64,000 nucleotides of DNA from Fibrobacterales bacterium (GTDB lineage Bacteria; Fibrobacterota; Fibrobacteria; Fibrobacterales; JAOPTW01): NCBI GenBank assembly GCA_051532035.1, contig JAOPTW010000013.1:128001-192000 (forward strand). The letters are read 5' to 3'. The notes beneath the pieces were generated by a model. That model did not search any database. It was not told the DNA's origin and was given only the letters and a program-made list of their open reading frames with translations. Of the stretch, positions 31,264 to 42,059 are shown piece by piece. The position numbers were made by a program, and so were the translations under genes. The stretch's first letter is position 1. The number at the start of each line of letters is the position of its first letter.

Positions 31264-31348
31264 AAATTACAATGAATTATCGGCCTAAAATCTCCGTTGT
31301 ACGTTTTATCATACAAAAACATCGTAAACCCTAATGTAGTAGCTTAGC

Positions 31349-33046
31349 TTACTCCTGTAAACTGTTTTTATGTAAATAATCAAGTTTCAATCCGCTCGGT
31401 TTTAAGTTGCGACCGGGAACTTTTTTATAGCCATACCAATTTATTGTTTTTCCATTATACCACCGTGCCCGTTGAAAAGATGCCACTACAGTAATCCCTC
31501 CCTTGAGCACCTCTTCTTCGGCAAGAGCATACCCCAAATCACCATGAGGATTCATAAGATGAGTTCTGGGCGCAACGGGCTCTAGAGTATAATCAGCTCC
31601 ATCTGATGCGACCCGAGGCAACGCACCACGTCTAAAGACAATATCTCGATTACTCCCTTCACTATGTGTTGGAACAAATGGAATCCAATTGTATGGTACT
31701 GTAGACATAAACTCATAAGAGAGTTCAGTAGTTATTGGTGTGCGCTGTGTATTACTCGTTTGTCCTGTATCTTTTTCAGCCAAGCGCTGTGCATATTGAT
31801 GCCCACACATACTTCCCCCCATATTATCGGGTATATTTTCTTCTACTGCCCAGACCATATTTGCCATTTCATCACGTTTAAAGGTCACCTTTTCGATTGG
31901 CTCACTATCGTGTACTTTTGAAATTGCAGGGAACATTACCAACCCGTCAATCTCTGTATCAGCGGCCTCGTTATACAGAGAGAAAAGGTCCCACTCTTTG
32001 TGATTATCTGCTAACACTCTATTTTCAATATACTCATACTCACCAAACGTATCTTTAACTAAAGTGCTTTTTACCTTAGCTACGGTACCATAGGCTACAT
32101 CTAACGGCGCAACCAACCAGTCATTACTATACATCGCGGCAAATTCAGAAACAACGAGTTTCGAAATATCAGTTTTGTGAGCATCAATATTTACCACATC
32201 AACCGAAGCGTCTTCTACCTCCCACCACCTGTCTGCAGGCATTCCGGGGAAAGTAAGTTTTGTCGGTAGATATGATTCGATGATACTTTTATTATTCGTA
32301 CTATTCACCAGGCTTTCATTCAGGTCAAAATTAAACCACTCTAAGTTACCGCTAAAGTATTCAGGAGCCTTTAACTGCGCCGCAGTATCAAGGGTAAATG
32401 TAGCGTCATACTCTAAGCGTTCTGGATTCCAATTAACCGCATGCTCATTCTGTGGCAAAGAATAGAGCTCACGATACCACTCACTGTATTGTGTATACAC
32501 CTGAGTCAGAGTTGCATACTGAGGAACCGCAGCAGTATTGGTATCCAAAGCAGTAAACAGTGCACATCCATCGATTAGCTGGGTACCGAGGGCCATACTC
32601 ATTTCGTAATACTCACTATTGAGCTCTTGTTCTTCAGCATTAAACACCACAGGAAATGAAGCGTGTACCGCTTCTTTCACTGCCATACGTGCTGATTCTG
32701 TAGGCAAGAGATCAATGAGCTTAGTTATATGTAAGCCTGCTTCAATTGATTCATACAGACCCAATACAGGGTACACTGATTCGACTGCTGCCTCTGGAGG
32801 GCATTCTTTAAAATCAAAAGAGCTCCCTCCATCAGAAAATTTCATTTCATTTGTATCATAGGCTATTTTCATAGATACAGCGGTACCACAATCATTTGCT
32901 TTAAACTCGCCAAACTGATGCTGTCGTGCCATCATCCATAATGGGTCATACGTATCTGCCCGGAGAGACTCTTCTAAATTTTCGGTACGTGTTGTTCCTT
33001 CTAATCGATTCCACGATCTGAACTCTTCACATTTATTGTTAATCAT
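31349..33046 (-). CDS. Conserved hypothetical protein, gene 4 of the DUF6603-like operon
   Basis: 565 aa; WNRLE, DPLWMMARQ.QFGEF, FPGMPADRWWEVED, RDEMANMVWAVE; 4-bp ATGA overlap with the upstream gene. Confidence 0.85.
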   Translation of the reverse strand: MINNKCEEFRSWNRLEGTTRTENLEESLRADTYDPLWMMARQHQFGEFKANDCGTAVSMKIAYDTNEMKFSDGGSSFDFKECPPEAAVESVYPVLGLYESIEAGLHITKLIDLLPTESARMAVKEAVHASFPVVFNAEEQELNSEYYEMSMALGTQLIDGCALFTALDTNTAAVPQYATLTQVYTQYSEWYRELYSLPQNEHAVNWNPERLEYDATFTLDTAAQLKAPEYFSGNLEWFNFDLNESLVNSTNNKSIIESYLPTKLTFPGMPADRWWEVEDASVDVVNIDAHKTDISKLVVSEFAAMYSNDWLVAPLDVAYGTVAKVKSTLVKDTFGEYEYIENRVLADNHKEWDLFSLYNEAADTEIDGLVMFPAISKVHDSEPIEKVTFKRDEMANMVWAVEENIPDNMGGSMCGHQYAQRLAEKDTGQTSNTQRTPITTELSYEFMSTVPYNWIPFVPTHSEGSNRDIVFRRGALPRVASDGADYTLEPVAPRTHLMNPHGDLGYALAEEEVLKGGITVVASFQRARWYNGKTINWYGYKKVPGRNLKPSGLKLDYLHKNSLQE

Positions 33047-36000
33047 ACCTGTTCCTCAAATCGTGCCAATAAGTCAGCTCGGGTTTGTGTATATTTTAAT
33101 TTTGATACCGCATCTATGGAAAGAGTTCCTGCACGAGTATTAAGTGAATTGTCTGCCTCACGTTCAATAGTTATACCAGGATTCAATTGTCCAAAGATAC
33201 TCTTGTTAATATGGTGAGGCTCAAGGAGCCGGGTTCGCGTCATAGCAATAGTCTCATGGACCACTCCGAGTAGTTCTTGCTCGCTCCACGTTGGCGCATC
33301 ATTATGAGGAGGTACTGCCAACAATAGTGATTGAGGCGCTACTGCATCCGGTTGATCTATATGGAGGGCAATACCCGTAGTGTGTGTTTCGGTCGGGAGC
33401 ACTTCGATCCACTCATCAGCTTGTATACCAGAAACAAGCCCTTCTTGTGTATAGGTCTTATTTATACAATTAAACGAAGTGAATGACTTTTCTGAGTCAT
33501 CGAGAGATAATGGATTTGATAGAGCAACACCAAGCCAATCACTACTTTCGGGAAATTGTACTGGGTCGATATTGATGCGCTCTTGCTGTGTGTGGTAGTG
33601 AACCATGGACAGTTGATTGAATGCACGCATCTGCGTTCGTACCTTTGATATAGAAGAGAGCCACGTGTCGATTTTTAGCCTTCCCGTGTCGGTGGTATCT
33701 GTATTGTCGTACACACGTGCAGGATAGATAGCAGCGCCTGCAACGGGTGATTGGAATTGTCCAAACACGGTAATTCCTGCACCAAAAATAAAGTCACATA
33801 CTGCTTGAGCTTTGGTCAATTTATCACTGAGGGGTGCTGATTGATACGCTGTGTGCAATTCTGCAATAGTCTCTTGCACACCTTCTGCTACAGTAGGAGC
33901 ATACACAGAGCACAGATTATATATACGGGTACTCAGATCAACGACATCAAGAACAATTGCGAGTTCTGCTCTCTGTGCAACTATTTCTTCATAAGTAGAA
34001 CCCTCTACAGCTCTTCCTTTTTCAATGAGAGTGTGAAGTTTTTTAAGGGTAAACAGTAGAGAAAATACCGATTTTTTTCCTGTTGAAGTAACAGGCCCAT
34101 CGACAATTGAAAAAACTACTGATGCATCCTGAAATGTTGAAGCCATGAGGTTTTGAACAAAATCATTGAATTGTGTGGCATCAGAAACCGCATAGACTAA
34201 ATCTATTGGCTCGATAGCGCATTGACTCAGGTCTTTCTCTAGAGACTGTGTTACTTCTTCGCCTGCGTCGTTTACGGTAGTAATAGTACACTCAATACTC
34301 ACATTTTGTGCAGCGGGGAGTTGTGTTACAAGCCATGCATTTAATTGAGGATTCGCTAATGCTTTAGGGGTGCGAAGTCCGCCCCACTCACCTATTGTTT
34401 CTACACTGGGTAAATCAGTATTAGCATACGTTGGCAAGTGAATGATTGTTTTATGGTGAACCGGAGTGCCATCCATAGGTGTTTTGGTAAACTCAATTTC
34501 TGGAAGAGGTTTACCAAGGCTTATTGCATTCACAACAGTGGAAGCTTGAACGTGATTACCTTTTACAATATGATAGACCCCTTCGGTAACCGTAAGGTCT
34601 GACACGGAATCGAGTATATCATCAAGTTCTATGAGGCCACTCACAAATACTGCCGCATGAGATTCAGGGAGACTGTTGCGGCTTTCATCTAACGCATCAT
34701 AGGCCCATTCTGGGAGGTTCGAAGCTGTAAAGGTTTGTTCTCTATACTTTTCTATTAGCTTCATACCGTGGACAACCGAAACTTCTCGCTCATTTTTACT
34801 CAACGAATCGCCAGAGGCCACTGCTTGAGCATAAGGGAATGATCGTTTAAGGGCAAAAATATATTTGTCCATTTCTTGGTCTGAGTCGTGGAGCAAACGT
34901 TCTAAACGGTAGCCCAAATATGTGGCCACATCTTGACCGTTCCGGATACTTTCAATAAGGTGCATAGCCTTTCGTACTCTACGGGAATTTAAATTTACTG
35001 CAACGAGATTATTTTCGCCACTGTTGCTGCGTTTACCCAAGTTATAACCAGATTTTAATATCCCGGCAAGACGTGCATGATCCAGTGAAGGCGCATGGAT
35101 AATTTCACTCTCCTTAGTGGTAGATACATGAACTTTCGGTGTTCTACCAATTGGATATTTCGTACTTATTCTTGGATCAAAATCTCGAGGAAGCGTATAT
35201 TCTGGCGTACGGTTTGCGGGGCTGAGATCTTCTAAATATCCAAATTGTGCTACCTGCACTCGGTAATCTTTAGTGCGACTCATCATATCAAGACGTTGAT
35301 TTACAAAACCAAGCTTCCATGCATCAATACGATGCGCCGCAAGATCTGTTTGTTCAAAGAGGAGGTTTTTAAGGTCACCCATTGAGCATTGGCTCAGTGC
35401 CATGAGGTACTCTCGATACTTGGCAATCGCTTTGTGTGAGTCAGAAATTGCCTTTGTGCGATAGTCATTTGTCCCCGAAAGAATCGAAGCCATACTCCGC
35501 CCCTTCAGTTGTTTGAATAGATCGGTATTTTTAACATGAGTATTACGGACATAATTGCCGATACCCTCAAAGAGCACCCCCCAATCATCGCTATAATCTT
35601 TATAAATGATTGTATTCTTGTAGTTATTTACCCGTTTTTCGTATTCCCAACCAAAGGCTTTCATAATGCCAATAGCTTCTCTTTTAACCATAAGTAAATA
35701 TGAGTGCCGCAACATAAAAAAGAGAAGCGACCCTGCATTAGGAGTGCCACTTTCTGTATCTAATTTATTAGGGAGCTTCAGCTCTTGTTGGACCTCTTCA
35801 GATATTTTTGAACCACGATTACCGATCCGATCACTACTTGGACCATCAATTGGAGTAGTCTCTACATTCATAATATACTCAGGATCCGAACAATAATCCG
35901 CAAGCCATTGAATATAATTATTGCCATCCGAAAACTGTAACGCATTACTTGCTTCATCATGAGAAATGATATGCCCCGTATAGTTCTGTGGCGTATCCAA

Positions 36001-38334
36001 ATAGCGTAAATTTAAGGCCCGAGATTTATACAGAAGATATTCAAGTCTATCTTGAAGCGCCTTTTGGGATACCTGACTCCCTTTGGGAAAGGTGTGTTTT
36101 AAATCACTTATTTCAAAAGTTTCAGAGAAACGACTCGCTAAAGAATCTGCATTCAGCGTTTCATCTTCTTGAAAATTAACTAGCTCCTTTAAAAAATGAG
36201 CAAATGGCTCAGTGTCAACCCTGTTCCCTGCATTCACCGCGCCTCGATAACGAAATTCTTGAGAGATTGGGGTGTTCCCTATCATATCCACATATTTTTT
36301 ATGTGGAGAAGCGCTTCGTTCCATCTCTGATTTAAAGACGACCTTAGTCCGCGCCAATGCCGTGTATTGTTCATACAGGGTATTGATGAGTTTAAAACTT
36401 TTTTCGTTAAATTTAGTTACTCGGAGTGAGTCTTCACGGGTTTCTTGTTTTTCCAGATCTGTCTTGATGGTTTTAAACGTGCTCCAACTCGTTGTAGGCA
36501 TAATGCCATACGGTTGTCTATCAATACGAATAGTGGGGAGATACCCCCGAGCAATCACATATTTTTCATAGAACTCTTTAGCAAATGGTATCATCGCCTG
36601 ATCAGCAACCGTTCCCCAAAAATCAAACAGTAGAGAACCGATAGTTGCATTACTCATAAGACCATTCATATATTGTGCATTCTGAATTGTTTTATTTTTT
36701 GCATTAAAAAATGTATTGCAGGTTCCGGCATTCAATCCTAAAGCATTTTCTAGGCGCCCTTGATCTGAACTTGCCTCTGGAAGCACTTCTTGAAAGTCTG
36801 GAGCGTGGAGAAGTGGGTCAATAATTGTATCATATATGTGATCACTATTTGAGTCATTCTCACTGATCGAAGTATTGTGAGTAGCGGTATTGTTCGTTGG
36901 AGTACCTGGCGCTACAAACCCTAATGCATCAGAAGATGCTCGATGACCATTAAAAAGGTTTTGGAGGCTCTCATTATTTGTTTTACTGATCGATTCCCTC
37001 TGTGTACCAATCACGACGAGGGTATCAATGGATTTACCCATTGATTGCCATTTTTTAGGTGATAGAGAAACGGTAATTGCCATACCCATCTGGAGTGCTA
37101 TAGCATAGTCTGTATGCCACGTATTTGAGATTTCACGTGAACCATCTTGCACCTGTTTTTCCGACGGTAAAATATCATTTAAATCAACCTCAGATATAGT
37201 TACCTTATTACTCCGACCTAATTCATGCCCAACTCCTGCGGCATCAATGTAATACGCGATATAATAATCAGGCATAGCCTCATATATTTTTTTCTGAAAC
37301 CACTGCTCTTTTTTTACAGGTATTTTATTAAAAAGGTAGGGATACTCATTAACAGGGATTATTACGGGAGTATCATTCAAAACTCTATCAAGGCTCTTTA
37401 TCAGAGCCGTCAGTTCATTAAAGAGGCTACTATAGGTAAGATATTTTTTACCGAGGTGAATGAAAGAGAAGCGTTCTCTTTCGGTAAATGTTGCCATAAC
37501 AGGGAGCGTAATTTGTTTACGCAAAAATGTTCTTGGTTCTCTATCAAAGCGTTTTTTTTGTTCTAATGCATCTCGTTCATCGGGATAGAGAAACTGCAGT
37601 ATCTCATTTCGCGCGTCTTCTAACTCAATAAAATCGCCATAGGGTTTTAGGATATCACTACCATTTAATTGGTGTGTTATTTTGTTTGAATATCTTAAAT
37701 GACGCTGAACCTTTTGTTTGAGCTCCCCAACAAGCTCTCCCCGTACTTCTTCACATGTTTGTTTTAACTGCGCATACATTTCTGAAAGCAACGAAACTTT
37801 CTGAATACTACTGTAAGGTGACAGAGAAGAAGATGTTGCAAAACGCTCACCGAGCGGATACTGATCAACATCAGTCATCCATTTTTTAAGCATTTCTACA
37901 GAGCCATACATTTCTGAAACAGAGTTTCTTTGATCATGCCAAAACACTGATTGATCAGCACTATTAAAAGAATCAGAACGTTTTAACTCACTCAATAGGA
38001 ATTGACTCCGAGAGTCACCAAGTGCTCTACTCAACTCACCAAATCTATTTTTTAGAAATACATTTCTAAAGTCTTTTCCCTCTTTAGAGGTTATTTGAGA
38101 TAGGCAGTATGTAGTACACCAGTACTCTTTGCCTTGTTCTATTTCGCTGGCGGTAAAATAGTTCACATCCTTAAATGTATTAATGGTGTCAGGATACATT
38201 CGTATACGGAGTTTTGTATCGGCCATAGGATAGCGACGTTGCTCTAATTTACTCCGTGACTCAAACTTAGTTTCGAGGCGTATAGGAAAAAACAGAATAG
38301 GATCAGATATAGGATATTGTGTATAATTACTCAT
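33043..38334 (-). CDS. Conserved hypothetical giant protein, gene 3 of the operon
   Basis: 1763 aa; PIRLETKF, LRIRMYPD, HRIDAW, IHAPSLDHA, LGYRLERLLH, DEWIEVLP, PQSLLLAVPP. Confidence 0.85.
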   Translation of the reverse strand: MSNYTQYPISDPILFFPIRLETKFESRSKLEQRRYPMADTKLRIRMYPDTINTFKDVNYFTASEIEQGKEYWCTTYCLSQITSKEGKDFRNVFLKNRFGELSRALGDSRSQFLLSELKRSDSFNSADQSVFWHDQRNSVSEMYGSVEMLKKWMTDVDQYPLGERFATSSSLSPYSSIQKVSLLSEMYAQLKQTCEEVRGELVGELKQKVQRHLRYSNKITHQLNGSDILKPYGDFIELEDARNEILQFLYPDERDALEQKKRFDREPRTFLRKQITLPVMATFTERERFSFIHLGKKYLTYSSLFNELTALIKSLDRVLNDTPVIIPVNEYPYLFNKIPVKKEQWFQKKIYEAMPDYYIAYYIDAAGVGHELGRSNKVTISEVDLNDILPSEKQVQDGSREISNTWHTDYAIALQMGMAITVSLSPKKWQSMGKSIDTLVVIGTQRESISKTNNESLQNLFNGHRASSDALGFVAPGTPTNNTATHNTSISENDSNSDHIYDTIIDPLLHAPDFQEVLPEASSDQGRLENALGLNAGTCNTFFNAKNKTIQNAQYMNGLMSNATIGSLLFDFWGTVADQAMIPFAKEFYEKYVIARGYLPTIRIDRQPYGIMPTTSWSTFKTIKTDLEKQETREDSLRVTKFNEKSFKLINTLYEQYTALARTKVVFKSEMERSASPHKKYVDMIGNTPISQEFRYRGAVNAGNRVDTEPFAHFLKELVNFQEDETLNADSLASRFSETFEISDLKHTFPKGSQVSQKALQDRLEYLLYKSRALNLRYLDTPQNYTGHIISHDEASNALQFSDGNNYIQWLADYCSDPEYIMNVETTPIDGPSSDRIGNRGSKISEEVQQELKLPNKLDTESGTPNAGSLLFFMLRHSYLLMVKREAIGIMKAFGWEYEKRVNNYKNTIIYKDYSDDWGVLFEGIGNYVRNTHVKNTDLFKQLKGRSMASILSGTNDYRTKAISDSHKAIAKYREYLMALSQCSMGDLKNLLFEQTDLAAHRIDAWKLGFVNQRLDMMSRTKDYRVQVAQFGYLEDLSPANRTPEYTLPRDFDPRISTKYPIGRTPKVHVSTTKESEIIHAPSLDHARLAGILKSGYNLGKRSNSGENNLVAVNLNSRRVRKAMHLIESIRNGQDVATYLGYRLERLLHDSDQEMDKYIFALKRSFPYAQAVASGDSLSKNEREVSVVHGMKLIEKYREQTFTASNLPEWAYDALDESRNSLPESHAAVFVSGLIELDDILDSVSDLTVTEGVYHIVKGNHVQASTVVNAISLGKPLPEIEFTKTPMDGTPVHHKTIIHLPTYANTDLPSVETIGEWGGLRTPKALANPQLNAWLVTQLPAAQNVSIECTITTVNDAGEEVTQSLEKDLSQCAIEPIDLVYAVSDATQFNDFVQNLMASTFQDASVVFSIVDGPVTSTGKKSVFSLLFTLKKLHTLIEKGRAVEGSTYEEIVAQRAELAIVLDVVDLSTRIYNLCSVYAPTVAEGVQETIAELHTAYQSAPLSDKLTKAQAVCDFIFGAGITVFGQFQSPVAGAAIYPARVYDNTDTTDTGRLKIDTWLSSISKVRTQMRAFNQLSMVHYHTQQERINIDPVQFPESSDWLGVALSNPLSLDDSEKSFTSFNCINKTYTQEGLVSGIQADEWIEVLPTETHTTGIALHIDQPDAVAPQSLLLAVPPHNDAPTWSEQELLGVVHETIAMTRTRLLEPHHINKSIFGQLNPGITIEREADNSLNTRAGTLSIDAVSKLKYTQTRADLLARFEEQV

Positions 38335-38345
38335 GCTCTTCTACC

Positions 38346-41300
38346 TTATTTAAGAAGTACTTCTGCTTTAATAACATAAAGCACTGGTTCATTGAGAAGC
38401 TCTTTGGCAATCTTTGCAGATGTAGCCTCTAGAGTTGCAGCGGAAATATTTCCGGAGTCAAAATTGAATTCACCTGGCCGCTCTTGCAAAGCAAAAGCCC
38501 ATTGTTGATTGATATCTGCAAAGTCATCTGCATCTACATCAAATCCAAACCACGAGATGCCTCCAGGAAGAGTACCGGTAAAACTGGGATAGAATTTCTC
38601 ACTATACCGGCCCGAAAGACCTTCAGGATTTGCAGCAGCATCATACTGTTTCATTGCAAACACAATGGTATTGGGGTATTTATCAAAGAGTTTTGTTTTC
38701 ATAAACAGTACTGTGCGTCCTGATGCATCAGAAGCATAGCCATGACCACCTAACTCTTTAGTTACTGCATTTTCAATCTCATCTTTATACTCTTGAATAC
38801 GTGACTCATTCGGCATATTACTCGCAGACGGCCATTCAATTTGATTGCGGGCATGCCCTCTAATTTCGCTCAGTGCAATATGATAATGTCTAAACACTGA
38901 TCCAAGTTCTTCGGCTTGGGTAAAATAGCGATATTTATAGAGCCATTTAATTCTTTGAGAGCGGGTAAACTGCTCACGACGATACCGTTTATATACCTTA
39001 CTCCGTACATTCAGTTCATCTGATGGTGCCCATTCATTGAGGGGTCTGATATCTGGTGATTCACCTTGCACCGTCCCCGTCTTGTCCCAAAACGTTTGAA
39101 AATACGAACCACGCATATCCGTTGGGAATTCACGCCACTGAAGTTCACGACTCATTTCATGATTTAATCCAACCATAAATGATTCGATAAATGGTGTATT
39201 GGTTTTTAACAACATAACAGTATCATCGGGAATAGTGTCTATTCCTGGTAATAAATAATCAGGGTTTTCTTCCAATAAATATTTAACGGCAGGAACGTTA
39301 AAGGTTGGATGTGCCATCACTCTGTTATGGATTTTTGTTCCATTCGTTGTTTGCTTAACTGTTGCGTTGATCCCATCTTGTGAAGATAGTTCGTAGAGCA
39401 TTGTGGGCAGATGAAAATAGAGTGCTTGTAGGCTGGGTTTCTCTTCTCCTGACGAAACTAAAAAGTCATTGAGGCCTTTTCCGTACCGGAGCATATTTTT
39501 GAAGGATGCAAGTTTCTTTGCGCGCGTAATAAGGAGAGATAGATTTGTATGAGCTAAGTTTGAATATGAAGTAATAATGGTTTCTTCTTCGTACACATAC
39601 GATTGATTCTTTTTGTTGTAGCTACCCTTGGTAAAATTTTCAGCAAAATAAGCATCGTCAAAGCCAAGAATCAAATATTTCTTACGACCAATTGTATAGC
39701 TTTTCATACCAATAAGCTCTTGGGAGCATCCGTACATTCCTTTTGAATAGGCCGTTGTTAAGTCTTGATCTAAATACTCCTTAAAACCCGGTGTTTGTAT
39801 CTGTAAAAAGTGTTCAAAAGCCAAATGACGAAACAGTATTTGAAAATAGCGAGCGCTTAGATAGACATAGCGCTCTCTCCCATCACTATAAGGGTTAAGT
39901 TCAATGGTTCTATTAAAAGCCCCCAATACCTCTGGAGTTTGTATTTGCCAAATAGTAGAATGCTCTTTTATAGCATTCAACATACCCCTAAACCTAACCG
40001 CAATACCCGCTTTAATAATTGGAATATCTTGATCATGTAAATATGGAAGTCCTTGTGTACCATAAAACTCATTATAGACTTGACTATTTTTTCTACGCTC
40101 ACCAAACTCAAATCCAAATGAAAGGAGACTTGGTCGTACAGTAAACTGATCAGACAACGGGTTAAATTGAGATTCAGAAAGATCATTCAATACTGCATCA
40201 CACGTTTTATTGCTATTGTATGCATCACATCTAAAGAGCTCTCTTTCTATTTTGAGCTCAATATACTCAGACAAGGTGTTAGAAGGCACATCATTGAGAG
40301 AATAAATAGAACCTGCTGGTAGATGAGCTTGCTCACACTTTCTACGCAACCAATTCTGTCCTCCTCTTTTATGCAATGCCCATAAAAACATATAGGGCCC
40401 TGAACTCATCATCGAGTCCAACTTTCGTGCATATGCCTTACGCATGTACTCTGCTGATCCACTCTGGAGCATATCCTGAGGAATCGGTGTCATTTCTTCA
40501 AACAAATTATCAAATGAACGACTACTACTCTGAGCAACATGCTGCATCTGTTGCTCTTGTATTCGCTTGAATCCTGGGGTTAACACAACTGTAGGTAATA
40601 CTGAATTCTTTAAGGCAACCATAGTAGGTGAATTAGTAACCCTCCCTGCAAAATGTGCAACTTCAGCTTCATTTGCCTGACTGAGCCTTTTGGTATGGAG
40701 TGTGTTATTTACGAGAGATGCAAAACGAGCCCCTTGCAGTGCTTCATTATTACTTACCACATCACCGACGACCTTCCATGATGCCTCCATGAGCTTTTCT
40801 TGATTTTTTTTAATTACTGACGTTCCGATACCTGCTGTTGCACGGTAAGAACGGTGCTCATTGAGTTGATGAAACCAGCCGGGTGTTTCGCTTTCTTGAA
40901 GATAAAACTTTCCATACCCTGGAGGTACAACCATTGGTACCGCTGCTGATTGGTTTTTATCGAGCGCAACTAATTTTGACAATGCCTCTTCGTATGGGCT
41001 ACTGTCTTTCATAGTATCAAATGAGGCTGGGTCTACTTCACTCACGTTCTTTGGAATCGGTGTTAATGCTGCACCTAATTTAAAAGAGTTCTCGCTAAAA
41101 TCACCACCGAGAACCAACCCTTTCCCGAGGTCTGCTACTGATACAGCATCGTACACAGGGTCAACAGATTGATATCCTTTAACCCCCTCTGGCATAGACC
41201 CATCTTCGGCAAGGCGTCGCGCAAGAGTCTCAAAGTCACCCTCAGTGGCTGTCGAAAAATTCCATGAGTGATAAATAGGGAGAGTAATATCACCGTTTCG

Positions 41301-42047
41301 TTGGTTCTCCCAAGAAAATCGAGCAGCCGGAACATCTTCTAATATCCGTTTTGCTTCGGTACCACTCATGCCCGCAATACGACCTCGTTCATACGTTGGT
41401 ACTAAAAAACAGGTATATGCATGCGATACCCCTACCTCTTGAGACAAGGCTTTGAGAGATAACAGACGACAATGCCCTTTTAAAGGGTTTTCTTTCAAAA
41501 ATGTTTTTGCAGGAGTATTCGCTCCCAAATCATTTATATGTACATGAGCATTTTGCCAGGCCTTTGATAAATCCGGCAATTCCACGTCGTGCCCTATAGT
41601 AACAACCCCAACACCATTCTCGTTTACCCGTTCAAAATCACCATCTTTCAAACACAGAAGCGTCAACCAAGGGGTCAAGGATTCACCATCAGCGTCTTCA
41701 TTTGAAGGTCGCACTGGAGTAGCTTCAGGGGTATAGCGCCACAAAAAATCTTCATCATGAAATTCAATGAACGGGATATACTCTTTAGGGAACTCCTGAG
41801 TAGCATTTTTGGGCCATGTCCGCACGATTTGCTGCGCATTAAAGCCACTTATTTCACCAGGCCCGATGACCGGGATCTCTTTGGTAAATTCTGTCCGTTG
41901 CTTTGTATTATCAACAGTGTTTTTTTCTATGTCGAGAGTCACTGCTATTGATGCATGAGTTTCCTCTGCATTAGGTGCAATAATATCTTGGGAAATCCCT
42001 TCTCGATACCAGGAATTAAAATCATATTTTGTTTGCTCTGTAGCCAT
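38346..42047 (-). CDS. Conserved hypothetical protein, gene 2 of the operon
   Basis: 1233 aa; GPGEI, FLWRYTP, PWLTLL, GDFETLARRL, GLNHEMSRELQWREFPTDMRGSYFQTFWD. Confidence 0.85.
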   Translation of the reverse strand: MATEQTKYDFNSWYREGISQDIIAPNAEETHASIAVTLDIEKNTVDNTKQRTEFTKEIPVIGPGEISGFNAQQIVRTWPKNATQEFPKEYIPFIEFHDEDFLWRYTPEATPVRPSNEDADGESLTPWLTLLCLKDGDFERVNENGVGVVTIGHDVELPDLSKAWQNAHVHINDLGANTPAKTFLKENPLKGHCRLLSLKALSQEVGVSHAYTCFLVPTYERGRIAGMSGTEAKRILEDVPAARFSWENQRNGDITLPIYHSWNFSTATEGDFETLARRLAEDGSMPEGVKGYQSVDPVYDAVSVADLGKGLVLGGDFSENSFKLGAALTPIPKNVSEVDPASFDTMKDSSPYEEALSKLVALDKNQSAAVPMVVPPGYGKFYLQESETPGWFHQLNEHRSYRATAGIGTSVIKKNQEKLMEASWKVVGDVVSNNEALQGARFASLVNNTLHTKRLSQANEAEVAHFAGRVTNSPTMVALKNSVLPTVVLTPGFKRIQEQQMQHVAQSSSRSFDNLFEEMTPIPQDMLQSGSAEYMRKAYARKLDSMMSSGPYMFLWALHKRGGQNWLRRKCEQAHLPAGSIYSLNDVPSNTLSEYIELKIERELFRCDAYNSNKTCDAVLNDLSESQFNPLSDQFTVRPSLLSFGFEFGERRKNSQVYNEFYGTQGLPYLHDQDIPIIKAGIAVRFRGMLNAIKEHSTIWQIQTPEVLGAFNRTIELNPYSDGRERYVYLSARYFQILFRHLAFEHFLQIQTPGFKEYLDQDLTTAYSKGMYGCSQELIGMKSYTIGRKKYLILGFDDAYFAENFTKGSYNKKNQSYVYEEETIITSYSNLAHTNLSLLITRAKKLASFKNMLRYGKGLNDFLVSSGEEKPSLQALYFHLPTMLYELSSQDGINATVKQTTNGTKIHNRVMAHPTFNVPAVKYLLEENPDYLLPGIDTIPDDTVMLLKTNTPFIESFMVGLNHEMSRELQWREFPTDMRGSYFQTFWDKTGTVQGESPDIRPLNEWAPSDELNVRSKVYKRYRREQFTRSQRIKWLYKYRYFTQAEELGSVFRHYHIALSEIRGHARNQIEWPSASNMPNESRIQEYKDEIENAVTKELGGHGYASDASGRTVLFMKTKLFDKYPNTIVFAMKQYDAAANPEGLSGRYSEKFYPSFTGTLPGGISWFGFDVDADDFADINQQWAFALQERPGEFNFDSGNISAATLEATSAKIAKELLNEPVLYVIKAEVLLK

Positions 42048-42059
42048 GGTTATAACTCC

